DNA of 64,000 nucleotides from Albugo candida. Its lineage: Eukaryota. The notes under the pieces were generated by a model, which saw nothing but the letters and a program-made list of their open reading frames with translations, ran no database searches and was not told where the DNA came from. The stretch covers positions 186,001 through 250,000 of the forward strand of contig JBDOQK010000026.1 of assembly GCA_040437565.1 (NCBI GenBank), written 5' to 3'. The position numbers were made by a program, and so were the translations under genes. This document shows, one piece after another, positions 11,715-23,700 of the stretch. Every line of letters begins with the position of its first letter. The first letter of the stretch is position 1.

Positions 11715-14681
11715 TCACTTGTACAACAGAGATGAAAGCTGGGAGACTCGTTTGTTGGCATGTAGAAATTGACCTGCGAGTTGTTTGTTGATTAATTTCA
11801 GAACTTCGACAGCGGTATGAGGCGCCTTGTTCTGCAGATTCTGTAATGATTCTTCCCGTAGCCGGAGAAGAATACAGTCTGACTGAGCACAATGAGAGTA
11901 ATGAGCATTGCTCATTGTGTGTGGTGTAATGATGGAGCCAGGGCCAATTTTTCGGAGTCTTGACCGACTGGTTTTGAAGGGCATCCACTTTGGCTTCTTA
12001 CCCATGCCCAACAACGAGGGACGACGACCAGGCTGGTGTGTGCAGCTACTTTCAACAACAGACGGTGGATGCTGTTCGCGGGATTGCCCGCTTTTTCTGC
12101 CAACTTTTGGTACCCAAACACCTGGGATAAAGTTCCGATTTGAAAACTCGGAATCTTGGAAAACATCGATATGACCAAAACAGATGAAGAACGTATCTTT
12201 CGCAAGTGTTTTGGCAGACAAGACTTCTTCCTTACGTAGAATCTGAGCGTCTAGATATGCCGCTAATGGTAGTAAATACTTACGGCCAGTCTGTTCCAGT
12301 TCTACATTTTCTTGTTCATTGTATTCGATAAACTTTTCCCATAAACGTAAATGGCTTATTCGTTTCCAATCCGCGACGGTTCCAAAGTTTCGCAATTGAA
12401 TTTCGGGAGGCAGGAGATCATTTTCACACATCTCCAGTGCAATATCGACATCTCCATCGACAAAATGCACTTGTAATGAGGTAGGATTCCGTCTCAAAGC
12501 CTTCTCAATTGACTGCTTCATGCCACAATAGAAAATCTCGAACAAGCAGATTTCAGCATATGTACTGGCCTTTCGAAAATTGATCAAAGCTGTAGCATCA
12601 AAGCTTGGAACCAGACCGAAATCAATTATCACGTATTTCAACGTTCGTGCGCACGAAACGCTTTGCATTCGCGTCTTTATTCGTTCCAAAATATTAACAG
12701 AAGTGCCAAAGAATAAATACCCTTGTAAACGTAGTATGAAGATAGAGCTTCCTTCTTTGTCCAAAAATGCTGTCTGTTCGGTTGTTCGATCGACAGCACT
12801 ACGTGTGAGGACTCCGGTGGTTTCGTGATGAATGCAGCCAACTTGATGGATACGATAGATGAGATCGATGATGGAGATGAAGATTCCAAAACCAACACTT
12901 TCAAGCATGCCGATAACCAGGAAGCTACTAGTGATGAGGATCACCAAAATGAGCTCCAGCTTCTTCAAAAATTGCATGGGAGTGATCAAGTATGCTTCGA
13001 GAAAATGAACACCCACGTTGAGAAGTAGGCCACCAAACACGAATTTGGGAACATACTGCAAGATTCCAATACCTTGCATCCAGAGAATAAGCAGAAAGAA
13101 AGCACATATGAGCGCAGGCATTTTCTCATGCGCATCAAACTGCTTCATGATGCCCATTGCTGAAAGATAATGACAGCCCGCGAACCCTCCTGAAAGTCCA
13201 CTCAGTATATTCGCCACTCCTATCACGCGCATTTCGTTGTCTGGAGAGATATCTCGATCGAATAATGTTGAAAGTGAAGTTGTGGAGACGCTGAATTTTA
13301 GTGCTCCTAAAATTAAGACCGTCAGGAGGTACCCGAAACACTCTTGCATGAAAATTTTCCATCGAATATCACCAAACTCAATTTCGGTCCAAGTGAACCA
13401 CATTGGTGTTTCTTTGACCATCTCGCTATCCCATGAAAAGACCCAGCCAAGTGCTCCCAATTCCTGCACTGTTGAATGCAACCACACGGTGGCGATAAGA
13501 TGAAAGCCCGCGACAGACGCAGTCAGCAAACATGGAAATGAGATTGCTACAGGCCATTTAAGGTATTGACCCACTCGAGCTATGACTGCAAACAGAATCG
13601 CTGGAAGAAGAAGACCAATTTTTTCGACCGGGAAAGCATTTCTCATTGAGTTGTGAGGCATCGATGACGCCATGTGTATCCCATTTTTCACCAAACTTGC
13701 TCCAATCCCGGCCAGAAAACCGGCAACCACTACACACACAGTCTCATTATTGAGTGGATACGGTCACGGAAATGTGCACGTACCTGGATAAGGGGCATAA
13801 TTAGCGATCGATGTGAGTCGAAAAATTCCCATTAGATACAGGCAAATACCCAGAAAAATGGAGGTCAGGGCAGCACAAATGATTGTGGTTGGCACGATTT
13901 CCCGCAATGTTTGAGCTTCCGACTGTGATATTCGATCGGCCATCTGAGCCATCACCGGTATGCTACAATCATTGACGAAGAAGGAAATTCCATCAAATCA
14001 GAATTTTGTCGCAAAAGCACATTCAATGACCTACACAAACACATCGATTGAGCCAAGTGTCCACGGTGCTTGGCTTTTCCAGGCCAAAACAGTGCAAAAA
14101 ACCGCTGTGCTCAATAAGTTTATGTCAATAAAGTGTGCCAAACATGTCGAGAGAAGAGTATTATGCCCCACAACGACACTAGCGCAAGACACAGCCAAAG
14201 TGGCTGACAGCAGAAAGGCAATTACACCGGACGTAAAATTGACTAGTAAACTAAGGATCCACTGCTTTCCCTTATTCCAGAAAACGCTCCATGTTTTTCC
14301 ATGCCGAACTTGTTTCCCATTCGATTGAGAAGTATTGGCTGATGCCAATAGTCGTTGCTTCTCATCAAAGAAGGAACGGAACCAAGTAGTTCGCCTCCTT
14401 GTGGCTCCATCAGAAGCGGTACGTCCTTCTTCATCTCCTATATTTCCTTGATATGTCGTCCGTCGCATTGATAGAGGAGCGTGTGCAAAATGTGGACGCG
14501 GAGAAGCAGAAGTAGCGCCAACTAGAGGCAACAGGGAATCCGTTTCTTGACCCCTTCTTCGAACTTCATGGATTGAGCACAGATCTGTATCAGCTGTGTG
14601 TATACGATAGATACCACGTCGTTGAGGCGTTATATGATCCTGTGGAGCTCCCCGATCGAGCGGTAGAGCAGCAGGTTCCAT
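11715..14681 (-). CDS. SulP/SLC26 anion transporter with STAS and cyclic-nucleotide-binding-like domains; 3 exons
   Basis: Introns 13963-14034 and 13730-13783 restore DVFVIPVMAQMA and PYPVVAGFLAG. Also present: many TM segments, NEMRVIGVANILSG, STAS motif RLQGYLFFGT...IDFGLVPSFDATA, and a C-terminal cNMP-like region (IGPGSII...AQSDCILLRL). Confidence 0.88.
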
Positions 14682-14997
14682 CGTTTCTTATTTAGTAAAA
14701 TGTTCACAGGAATTTTGATCGTAGGATTTCTCGCTTATTATAGCCAATAGAACCTCATATGACCAAAACTTGTGTAATGGAGCCGTGATGATAGCACAAT
14801 AAAGCTCAAATATGTGTTTTGCGATGAAAAGGTGACTGTTAACATGAAGCTCTACCTCGTATGTAATGTGGTGATCGCTGATAGATTACTGTAAGCTATA
14901 ATAAATAATATGAATCTTGAAAGGTCACAAAAATCTCTAATTTTACATGAATCGAGCTCGTAGCAAGGAAGAGGCTGTGTCATACCTTTGCTAGACG

Positions 14998-17043
14998 ATG
15001 GAAATCCTAGATCTCCATCAAATGTTTCGCTTTGTTCTCTGGTGGCTTATTCGGACCGTATCGTTTGGCAATGGATTTGACCAAACAGACCTGACAGTAC
15101 CCTGCAACAGCATCGTTTGCAGCGGTAAAAATGCGTCCAAAATGAGCTTAGGAGTCCAACTGCATAGAACTAACATACCTATAAATCTGCTCTCACATTG
15201 TAATCCGGTTATTCTGTCCGCATATGCTTCATATTGCCTTCCTGATTTCTTCAATATCTCATACCGAGATCTCACATGGTTCGACTGTTTATGCATAGTT
15301 CTTGGGACTAGCGCGCATCCACATGAGAGTGTCAAGATCAAGCAAGATGGGACCCAAAGGGCTTCAACAAAGCTGAATGGAGATATAGGAATGGACAGAC
15401 CAATCGTACGAAGCAATTTGAATGATCTTTACGATCCACGTTTAGATGCAGTCGGTAGTGAAATGACCGTCGAAGATGTAGCTGACTGGATCTCATACTC
15501 TGTACAGCTACCACAATACGCAGAATTTGCCAAAACACACTCCATTTCTGGTGGTACTCTTTCGCTCCTAATCGAAAACAACGGAGCTCGACTATCGTCC
15601 ATCGGTATACGAGACGAGATACACAGAGTGCAATTGCTTCGTTTCTTGAAGTTGCGGTACGCTGGTCTTGGTGAGAGACCTCATGACGTTTCCAACTTTA
15701 CTTGCACTATAAGCCCTTCCACGAGATGCTCTTCTGAAGCAGATGAAGAATCATGTGCTTATCGTCGTGTGCATACGTCTTGGATTGCTCCAGCACAAAA
15801 TGTGTCGCAAACGTTTCAGCTGCAACGCCGTGATGTAAAAGGTTCTTGGACACTAGTCTTTGCAGGATCCGATAGCGAGTATGTGGATTTCATTGATACG
15901 AGAAATGAGCCACTTCTTTATCAAATCACCACATGGAATGCTTATGGACGAAGTTCTCGAGTCTATACTCATTGTCGACCAGCTTTAATAAAGACTCCAG
16001 CAAATCTTGATACAAATGCCGCCGAGTCAAATTCGGATGGCACCTTCTTTGATTACACATTCCCATTCATGCAATCTTGTCAGAAATGGAAGTCTGAAAT
16101 ATCCACATGCAAAATGAAATGGAGTCTTTTATGTTCTTTATACCAGTACAAGGGCTCACATTGCTGGCTGGATGAGACAATTATTTTTATCATACTTTCC
16201 ATATTCCTCATACGCAGCTACATATATGGAGATGCCGATTTTCTTCTACGTCTGTTGCGAAGGCTTCCTCCCAATATATCAACTCAAGTTGTGGTCAAAA
16301 CTTTCACAGACAAGGTTGAAAATGTGCAAACCGCTCAGGAAGCATTAGTCGACGCTTCTGCAATTGTCTTGTGGAAAAAGCCACTTGATAATGGAATTCC
16401 CATAGTCTTCTACAGAATTTGTTGGACACGCATGAAAACAAGAGAGACCATGTGTGTGCGAGTAAGGGACCCTTCAAGATCCACGGCAATTCGTGTAGAC
16501 CATCTAAGACGAGGCGAGACATATAATTTCAGGGTAGAAGCTACAAACTCGTTTGGATTGACATCGCGATCTACCAATTCGACGTATCTGGTTCCGAAGC
16601 TGAATTCGAGAACGACTTGCTACCATTTAGACCTCTCCGTTGCACGATCTCTATTGCAAAATAGCGCGTGCAAAAAGCGATGTCATCTCTGCTTCAAACA
16701 GCTGAGTTGCAGAGAGACCAGCTGGAAAACTGACCAACAATCTTCAAAGCGACTACCGACGTGTTTCTCAGCAAAGGAGAAGCGATCCAAGTTCTTTAGC
16801 ACAAAATCGACTTCACTACCTTCCATTCCACACAATAAGCCGCAAATTTCGAAAAGGAGAGGGTCATGGTACTCATGGTCACTTGAAATAGGCTTGAACA
16901 GAATATTTCTTCACACATGCTCTATATGTGATGAGTTGTTCTGTCATGATCACCGTGGTAAAGTAACACATCCAAAACCGTTCGGTTGTCCAGCCGTCGA
17001 CGGGCAGTGTATCTGTATGAGTTGTTTCCTGCAACGGGAATGA
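14998..17043 (+). CDS. Membrane protein: SAM domain - FN3 - TM - FN3 - C-terminal Cys/His zinc finger
   Basis: SAM: MTVEDVADWISYSVQLPQY...ISGGTL...IGIRDEIHR. FN3 motifs: YQITTWNAYGRS and LWKKPLDNGIPIVFY...YNFRVEATNSFG. TM: TIIFIILSIFLI. Zn finger: CSICDELFCHDH...CICMSC. The exact start (14998 or 15022) is uncertain. Confidence 0.72.
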   Translation: MEILDLHQMFRFVLWWLIRTVSFGNGFDQTDLTVPCNSIVCSGKNASKMSLGVQLHRTNIPINLLSHCNPVILSAYASYCLPDFFNISYRDLTWFDCLCIVLGTSAHPHESVKIKQDGTQRASTKLNGDIGMDRPIVRSNLNDLYDPRLDAVGSEMTVEDVADWISYSVQLPQYAEFAKTHSISGGTLSLLIENNGARLSSIGIRDEIHRVQLLRFLKLRYAGLGERPHDVSNFTCTISPSTRCSSEADEESCAYRRVHTSWIAPAQNVSQTFQLQRRDVKGSWTLVFAGSDSEYVDFIDTRNEPLLYQITTWNAYGRSSRVYTHCRPALIKTPANLDTNAAESNSDGTFFDYTFPFMQSCQKWKSEISTCKMKWSLLCSLYQYKGSHCWLDETIIFIILSIFLIRSYIYGDADFLLRLLRRLPPNISTQVVVKTFTDKVENVQTAQEALVDASAIVLWKKPLDNGIPIVFYRICWTRMKTRETMCVRVRDPSRSTAIRVDHLRRGETYNFRVEATNSFGLTSRSTNSTYLVPKLNSRTTCYHLDLSVARSLLQNSACKKRCHLCFKQLSCRETSWKTDQQSSKRLPTCFSAKEKRSKFFSTKSTSLPSIPHNKPQISKRRGSWYSWSLEIGLNRIFLHTCSICDELFCHDHRGKVTHPKPFGCPAVDGQCICMSCFLQRE

Positions 17044-18422
17044 ATAAGTATAATTCTCTCAAAGTAGATGCCAGCCGTAATCTCCCTGCCCAATACTTTA
17101 CACCTCAAAGTCGACCTTTCTCATATTGGAGAGAAATGGCTTTGGTGCACTGAATCTTGACGATCCATCGACGCAGTCTGACGGCGCAGAAAGGACTTTC
17201 TCGAAAGGGACACGCTACTAAGTGATCTCGCCTTGTCCGATGCACACGCTACCGATCCGTAAACCCGGTTTGTAGAGTCGATTCAGCTTGCTGGAAATCC
17301 AGTACCTGAGGAAGATAAATCCGATTACCATTACACACGCCATTGCTTCCCGATCAGGTCACGGTATAATATACATTCGTTCGGACTTTCTCATGGAATG
17401 ACAATTACAGAAAGACTTTGTGGCTTTCTGACTTCAATAAAGAAATCGTGAAAGTGTACTCGCGCTTTGAACGTCCACGCAAGCTAAGCAGCGGAGAGAA
17501 GTTCTACACTAGAAAAAGCTCAGGGCATTTCACTAAGAAGATGTATGTGCTGTGAGGGAATGATGACCAACTGAAATGAATGGTAGTGCGACCAAATTTA
17601 AAACTCATGTATGTATCGTTTCGGAAGGCACGTGTCCTTTCTATCAAATCGATCATCTGTAACCGATGTATCCAAATCCGACTCAAAATCAGTAAGGACA
17701 TATTGATTAAAATAAACTTGGCAAAGAAAGATCTTCGAATGATACTATTTTTTGCAAGAAATTGACACTCAGATATCTGATTCACACGTGTATGGTATAG
17801 TATTCGTTTTATCCACAATATCATGCTTAGAAATGATTTGCGAAGAAGAAGAAAGTTTGAAGTCTAGCAAACGCTCTAATGCAGAAGTCGTGCATGTTGC
17901 TACTGCCTATCCTACGATGTAATCGCTTTTCCTATGTCGACCCTCTTACGTAAGAATGAAGCAGCCGAACATGCTTGTGAGCTAGCGGATACCGTAGAAT
18001 AGGGAGATGGACAAAAGACAGTAAGCAGATCTGATCTAAATTTTGCTTTCGTTTGTATTTGCACTATCAGCCAAATGCAGCTCATCCACACTTGCGTGCG
18101 TTTATAGACTCGTCGAATGAGTTTCGAATCTTTGTGAGTGGTGTATAGCGCGTTGAGACACTGATTACGTTCGACCAAAGCGTTAAACAATTTACTTTGA
18201 TACTACACTTTCGATATCTCGCTCTTCGCTTTTTCTTTCCATTCTTGCGGGTGCGTGACCTGATCCTACTCATTTACCGAAAATGAGAGGCTGATAGTTT
18301 CATCTCGCAGTTCTCCTCTACACTTATCGCGTGCAGCATCTCATCTCGTACCAAAAAGAGGGCAGTACAGGGAGCAAGACTGCAGTCATATATGGCAAAA
18401 ACGATAGTCAATAGTGAACAGT

Positions 18423-20763
18423 ATGCCGCTCGCTTGTGCTTTTTTGTTACCAGATTGTCCGCATGCTCAAAAGCATGGACACAATCTATTCTCAAAAGCT
18501 TATAAACGGTAGATTGCGTTTTTTCCAACCCGGATTGATTATAGATCTAATCGTGCATGCACAATGCATTCTCTATGAATTCAGGAGCAATCGAACGCGC
18601 GCGACCAGAGTACAACCAAATTCAATAGTTCTTCGATCAACATCTGCATTCACTCTTGTCTGTAGATTGTACGCTGCTTTCCACATTGCTGTCCTGCTCA
18701 TCGAACTCGAAGCTATTGTGGAGCACCGCTATTTGTGGAATTCACATGTTATGAGAATGCGCGAACGAACGCAGATGACAAAAAGGTGGCAGAAGACGAA
18801 TTTGCTCGATTTGATAAGCTGATTGTTTATGGCCGGTTCGAAGAACACGACAACGACGATGACAACGTCGGTTTTGTTCAGCACCAGGAAGCGCAACAAC
18901 TCGTGCAAGTATCTCTGACCAGCGGAGGTTCGAGCATAGCTACAGATCAGTGTATCTGGTTTAGAGGAGAACTCGTCATGTCCCGACCGGTAATCATTCC
19001 GCAATTGCTTTATGCTTCTGAACATTCTGATGCTTCATTAGAATTATCGCTTATTCGCTCTAAATAATCGAGCAGTTTGCCATTGGGAATACGACTGGAA
19101 AAGCGGTAATCGACAGCGAATACGAGGCACAGATCATCATTTTCGAGCTTATGTTTTCACAAGAACCGATGATGATAATTGTACTGTCATCACGAGTGTC
19201 ACATCAACACCGTTCACATTTTCCAGCTATCGTAAAATACATGATCCTGAGCAATACGAGAGTGAAGTAGAACTACTGCATCAACAAAGATTATGGGAAG
19301 GATCTGATTCCACAGAAATTAGTGAGCATAACGCAGACACAAGTATCCAACTAGTTCATCGATCAAGCTCTGAGATCCTGCAAGAATCGTCCCAACAGCT
19401 GAGTCTTGGTCTACTAGCTGCTTCCAATTCATTTTGCGTCCAACAGAGCGCAAATTTCGCAATTTTACATTTGTTCATGAGCGTTGCCAAGATTCCATGG
19501 TCATCCATCCTATTCAAAGACGAGCGATTCTTGTGGCAGCTTTTATTACGGAAATGCAAAGGTTCGATTGAGCACAAACGGAGTCATGCGGACCGATATA
19601 TATCGCTGTGGATAAAACTTCTCTCTCCCAATGAATTGATGGACGCCACGCATTCAATTCGGCTCCATCCGGTGTCGTTAGAGGAGTACGAAGTGTTACC
19701 ATACCAGCAACAAGTGTACGCATTGGCTCTCACCTGCTGGGAGCTATTTTGTTATTTACTTGCACCAGACCAATGGGAAACGATACATGCATTTCTATGG
19801 TCTAATCCCGGCTGTCTGTCATACGAATTTTACACGTGTCGAATGCATGCAACATTTATAGAGTTACTCGCAGCGTTTTGCTCCCAGGCACTACAAGAAA
19901 GGCGTTCTTTTTTTTGCATAATTGATGTTTTGGCAAACGAATTAGTTTCGATCGTTCTTCGGGATTCTCAGCATCGTATTTTCTCACCATTCGCCGCAAA
20001 AGAAATACATTCGCTACTACGTAATGGAAACATTTTAGGCATTGCACACTTTACATCTCAGATGCAGCACATTTTTTCCAGCTTACATCTTCAATTACAG
20101 CACTCCAATGAGCTTGGAACCCAAAGAAATTGTTGCTGGGTTGTTGGAAATTGGATTTGGCAGGATTGTCACATAGCGGACGAATACGACTCACAAAATC
20201 GGACACAAAGTAAATTGACCCATTACTTGGGATTTCTAGACATCATACTTATGATACAGCACATGTACGGTTTTGAGATTCGTTATGAGCCAAATGGAGA
20301 AGAAATTACTCTCTATGTTCGCTCTGTGACCAGTTTATTTCACGACATCTGGAGCTCACTTATACTGGATGGGAAATTACGGACCTTGAAGGTGTTCCCT
20401 GATGGCATTACTACTTCTATTTATTCTTCTGGTAAAAGTGTATTGTATGGTGATTATGTTGGAAAGGGCACAGGTGATTTGAGTGCACTTGGATCAGGTA
20501 TTGAACTATTACTCTACATCTATCGTTGGGGTGAACCAAGCATACAACTCAAGCTTCAGCTCACTCCGATACCCGCGGACGCTCAAAGCCATGACGCACT
20601 TGCTGACAGGCTACTGATTTCGGTAGTTGTCAATCATAGCTCCAGCCATATCGAGATGCAAAAAAATCTTTTCGAACAACTTGACCCAGAACAGCGACGG
20701 AAATCAATCACTCGTTGGGATGCAATCTACGCATTGCGTCTAGATTATAAACATTCTGATTGA
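18423..20763 (+). CDS. Conserved oomycete 'RCFPHCCP' family protein of unknown function; 4 exons (18423-18508, 18585-18609, 18666-18989, 19042-20763)
   Basis: Three GT-AG introns join in frame to give ...FSKAYKRSNRTRATRIVRCFPHCCPAHRTRSYCGAP...WEYDW...HHFRAYVF...STPFTFSSYRK, continuing into ORF 19471-20763. Confidence 0.75.
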
Positions 20764-23700
20764 AACAAACTCGTGAATTTACTTATCTCGCGGTATGCTT
20801 TTTTTGCGATCATCAAAAAAACGAGCAACCCAAATCCATGGAATCTTTTGTGGGTGATTCTATATTGAGCAACCATTTTTAGTCGTTTGCTCAACCCAGT
20901 AGACATATTGGCATCAAGGAAGGGTATGCAACAGAGCCGCAATAGTTAAAGCGAAACAATATATGCAGAGTGAGCCGATGCCCAATGTTGGTGACTGAAA
21001 ATAGTATGTTTATATTTATCATCGAATCACGAAGTGAGCAAGTTGTGATTGCCCCCCCTTTCGTCGATTTCGTCTCAAATCACTCATATAAAGCTTTCTT
21101 TTAGAGTTCAGATACAGCTGTATTTTCGTCCATACTTGAAAGCGGAGCAATTTCTTGATTACGTTATTTTCTCACTCATTGAAGTTCGAAAACTATCCAT
21201 ATCATCACCGAATGCTGCGTGATAACGTTTCTAATTACAGTAAAGTATGTCAAAAAGGCGTAGCTTCGGTACTCGACAAAAAATGGAAGGACTGCTGCAA
21301 GATTCTATGCTACTATCAAGCCTTTACATGCCTTAGTAGTGTACTTCAAAAGTTCCAATCCTAAAAGCCTAGGACAAAAGCGCATAATTTGCAATTTCTA
21401 AGAGTTTTGACTTTTCACATGATTTGGAGCTGTACAGTTTATAATAGCTTTATCAGATTATCGACGTATGACGATGTGTCTCGCCCGACTCTTGTACTGG
21501 TTCTTTTGTGCCTCAGCAATTGGAAGCTGGTTGTTTGCATACCAAACAATTTGCAAATGCGTTATAGTGGTTGCAATTACGACATCTTTTACGCATATAT
21601 AAATGACATGTTCACATCACATTGCTGGAAATGGTGGCCTTTGTGCTCGAATCAAGTTTAACTTGACCGCTATTGACCCGTCTGATAGATTTAAACAGCT
21701 CTCATTTGATTGGAGCCAACTGAACCCTCATTGATCCGAATTCGCACGGGTTGATAGTACCAATCCCTGGCACCTTCCTCATGTTTTCGCCAATGGCGGT
21801 GGTCGTCATCGACATCCATCATGTCAACATTCACACAACTGACTTATCGCTGGGTCCAACAAGCATACGATTAAGCCTCTACTCAGCATTACAATTAATT
21901 GTTGCAATACAACTTGGCCGCAGAAACGATTTGACATGTTTCGAAGACTTCAATTCTTGGGATGTGGCCGTTCGCACCATCAAGCGCTTTTTTGCTTGAG
22001 TATCGATCATTCGTTATAGCTCGAGTGAAGCAACTTATTCGAGAAGCATACCAGCGAATTTGACGTCTGTTCTTGACTTGGCGATGTACTGAATTTTTTC
22101 AAGGCCAAAACCTCATCTCGAGCGTACAGAAACACTTCGATCAATATCTTCTCTGCTTAGTACTCTGCACGCGATTTTTGTCATGTATGGGACGTTGATT
22201 GATGCTCCGGCTTATCGCTTCTACTCGACACACTTGCATAACATCGCTGGTTGTGAACCTTCCACTACCGAACGAACCTCCGTTACGTCTAACGTTTATG
22301 TTAAGGCTGGTTAGACACCGCTGTCTGGTGTACAATACCAGCATGTCCACCTATGCTCAGATGATTCCTGCTGATATATCAACACCATCAACTTGCTGTT
22401 TCTTCTCCATGGATGCCTCGCACTCGACAAAATCACCACATACTTCAATTCAGTAGGCAGCTATATATAATGAGTTTTCGTTCTCCTCAAACTGCCGAAT
22501 TCTACGTGGCCCGCATACAACTTTAACTTCAGAACTCGCTAAAGAAGCGATAAATTTTCAGCTCAGAGTGATTGCATACTCGTTGATGAGTCATCAGCAC
22601 TATGCGATATCGCGAAAGTAACATCCCGGAGACACTACTCGGAGAAAACCGAAAATGTGGAACAATGGTGACGCCAAGGCCGGTTGCCTGCAGCATCTAT
22701 GGATGTCCCAAAGTCGAAAGCGTCGGATTTTGCTGCGATTCACAAGCGATGCCGTAAAGTAGTCAGAGATATGGGTTGTACATGCAAAAATTGGAGACGA
22801 TAGGCCTTTTCAATTTTCGAAGACAGTTATTCCACGTGAAGTTTCNNNNNNNNNNNNNNNNNNNNNNNNNNNNNNNNNNNNNNNNNNNNNNNNNNNNNNN
22901 NNNNNNNNNNNNNNNNNNNNNNNNNNNNNNNNNNNNNNNNNNNNNCCGGTTGCCTGCAGCATCTATGGATGTCCCAAAGTCGAAAGCGTCGGATTTTGCT
23001 GCGATTCACAAGCGATGCCGTAAAGTAGTCAGAGATATGGGTTGTACATGCAAAAATTGGAGACGATAGGCCTTTTCAATTTTCGAAGACAGTTATTCCA
23101 CGTGAAGTTTCGAAAACGGGAAAAGTTTGACGCATTTCAACTGAGAATTTACTTCCTCAGTCCCCTTGGATCATGACAACCGGTGTTCGTGGTTCTTCTG
23201 GATAGTGATAAAATTGTACGTGTCCAAAATCCCAGGAAATATTCGTGTGATGATCACTTCCAGGGACGCATGTGAAAGATTGAGGAGCCATCTTGTCGAT
23301 TTTGCGACGAAGTGAATGATTTTGACAACCTGACACGAAATTATCACTGACAGTTCTGCTTTTGGTCACAATATTGTGATAAATGTACCTCGTGGGATCC
23401 GATGCAGAATCCTCTTCTATACCATTACCAAGACCATTTTTTTAAAGATTTATCTCCATGTCTACGTGCGATAACTACTTTACGTCGAAGATTACTTCGA
23501 TTCTATTACGCGTTCGGACGCATTGGTATGATTGACGATTATGCGAAACCATTGCGTACGAAAAAAGTTAACTCTTGTCCGCATGGAATGAACTCGTATC
23601 ACAGCGGAGCGACCAAATTTCGGCAGGCGTGGCCCTACCACTCAGATTTGGGAGCTACAGCACCTAACACCGTACCAGCGGAAGATACGAAACTAATAGA

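Noticed and set aside
17044..18420. Possible gene (LAGNPV.. LRR-cap-like peptide; short minus-strand ORFs)
   Set aside because: I could not build a stop-free model with a start codon, and the motif is too short.
1..20763. Functional gene cluster or operon-like system among neighbouring genes
   Set aside because: The products have unrelated functions (signalling, proteolysis, tRNA charging, transport); adjacency is explained by genome compaction.
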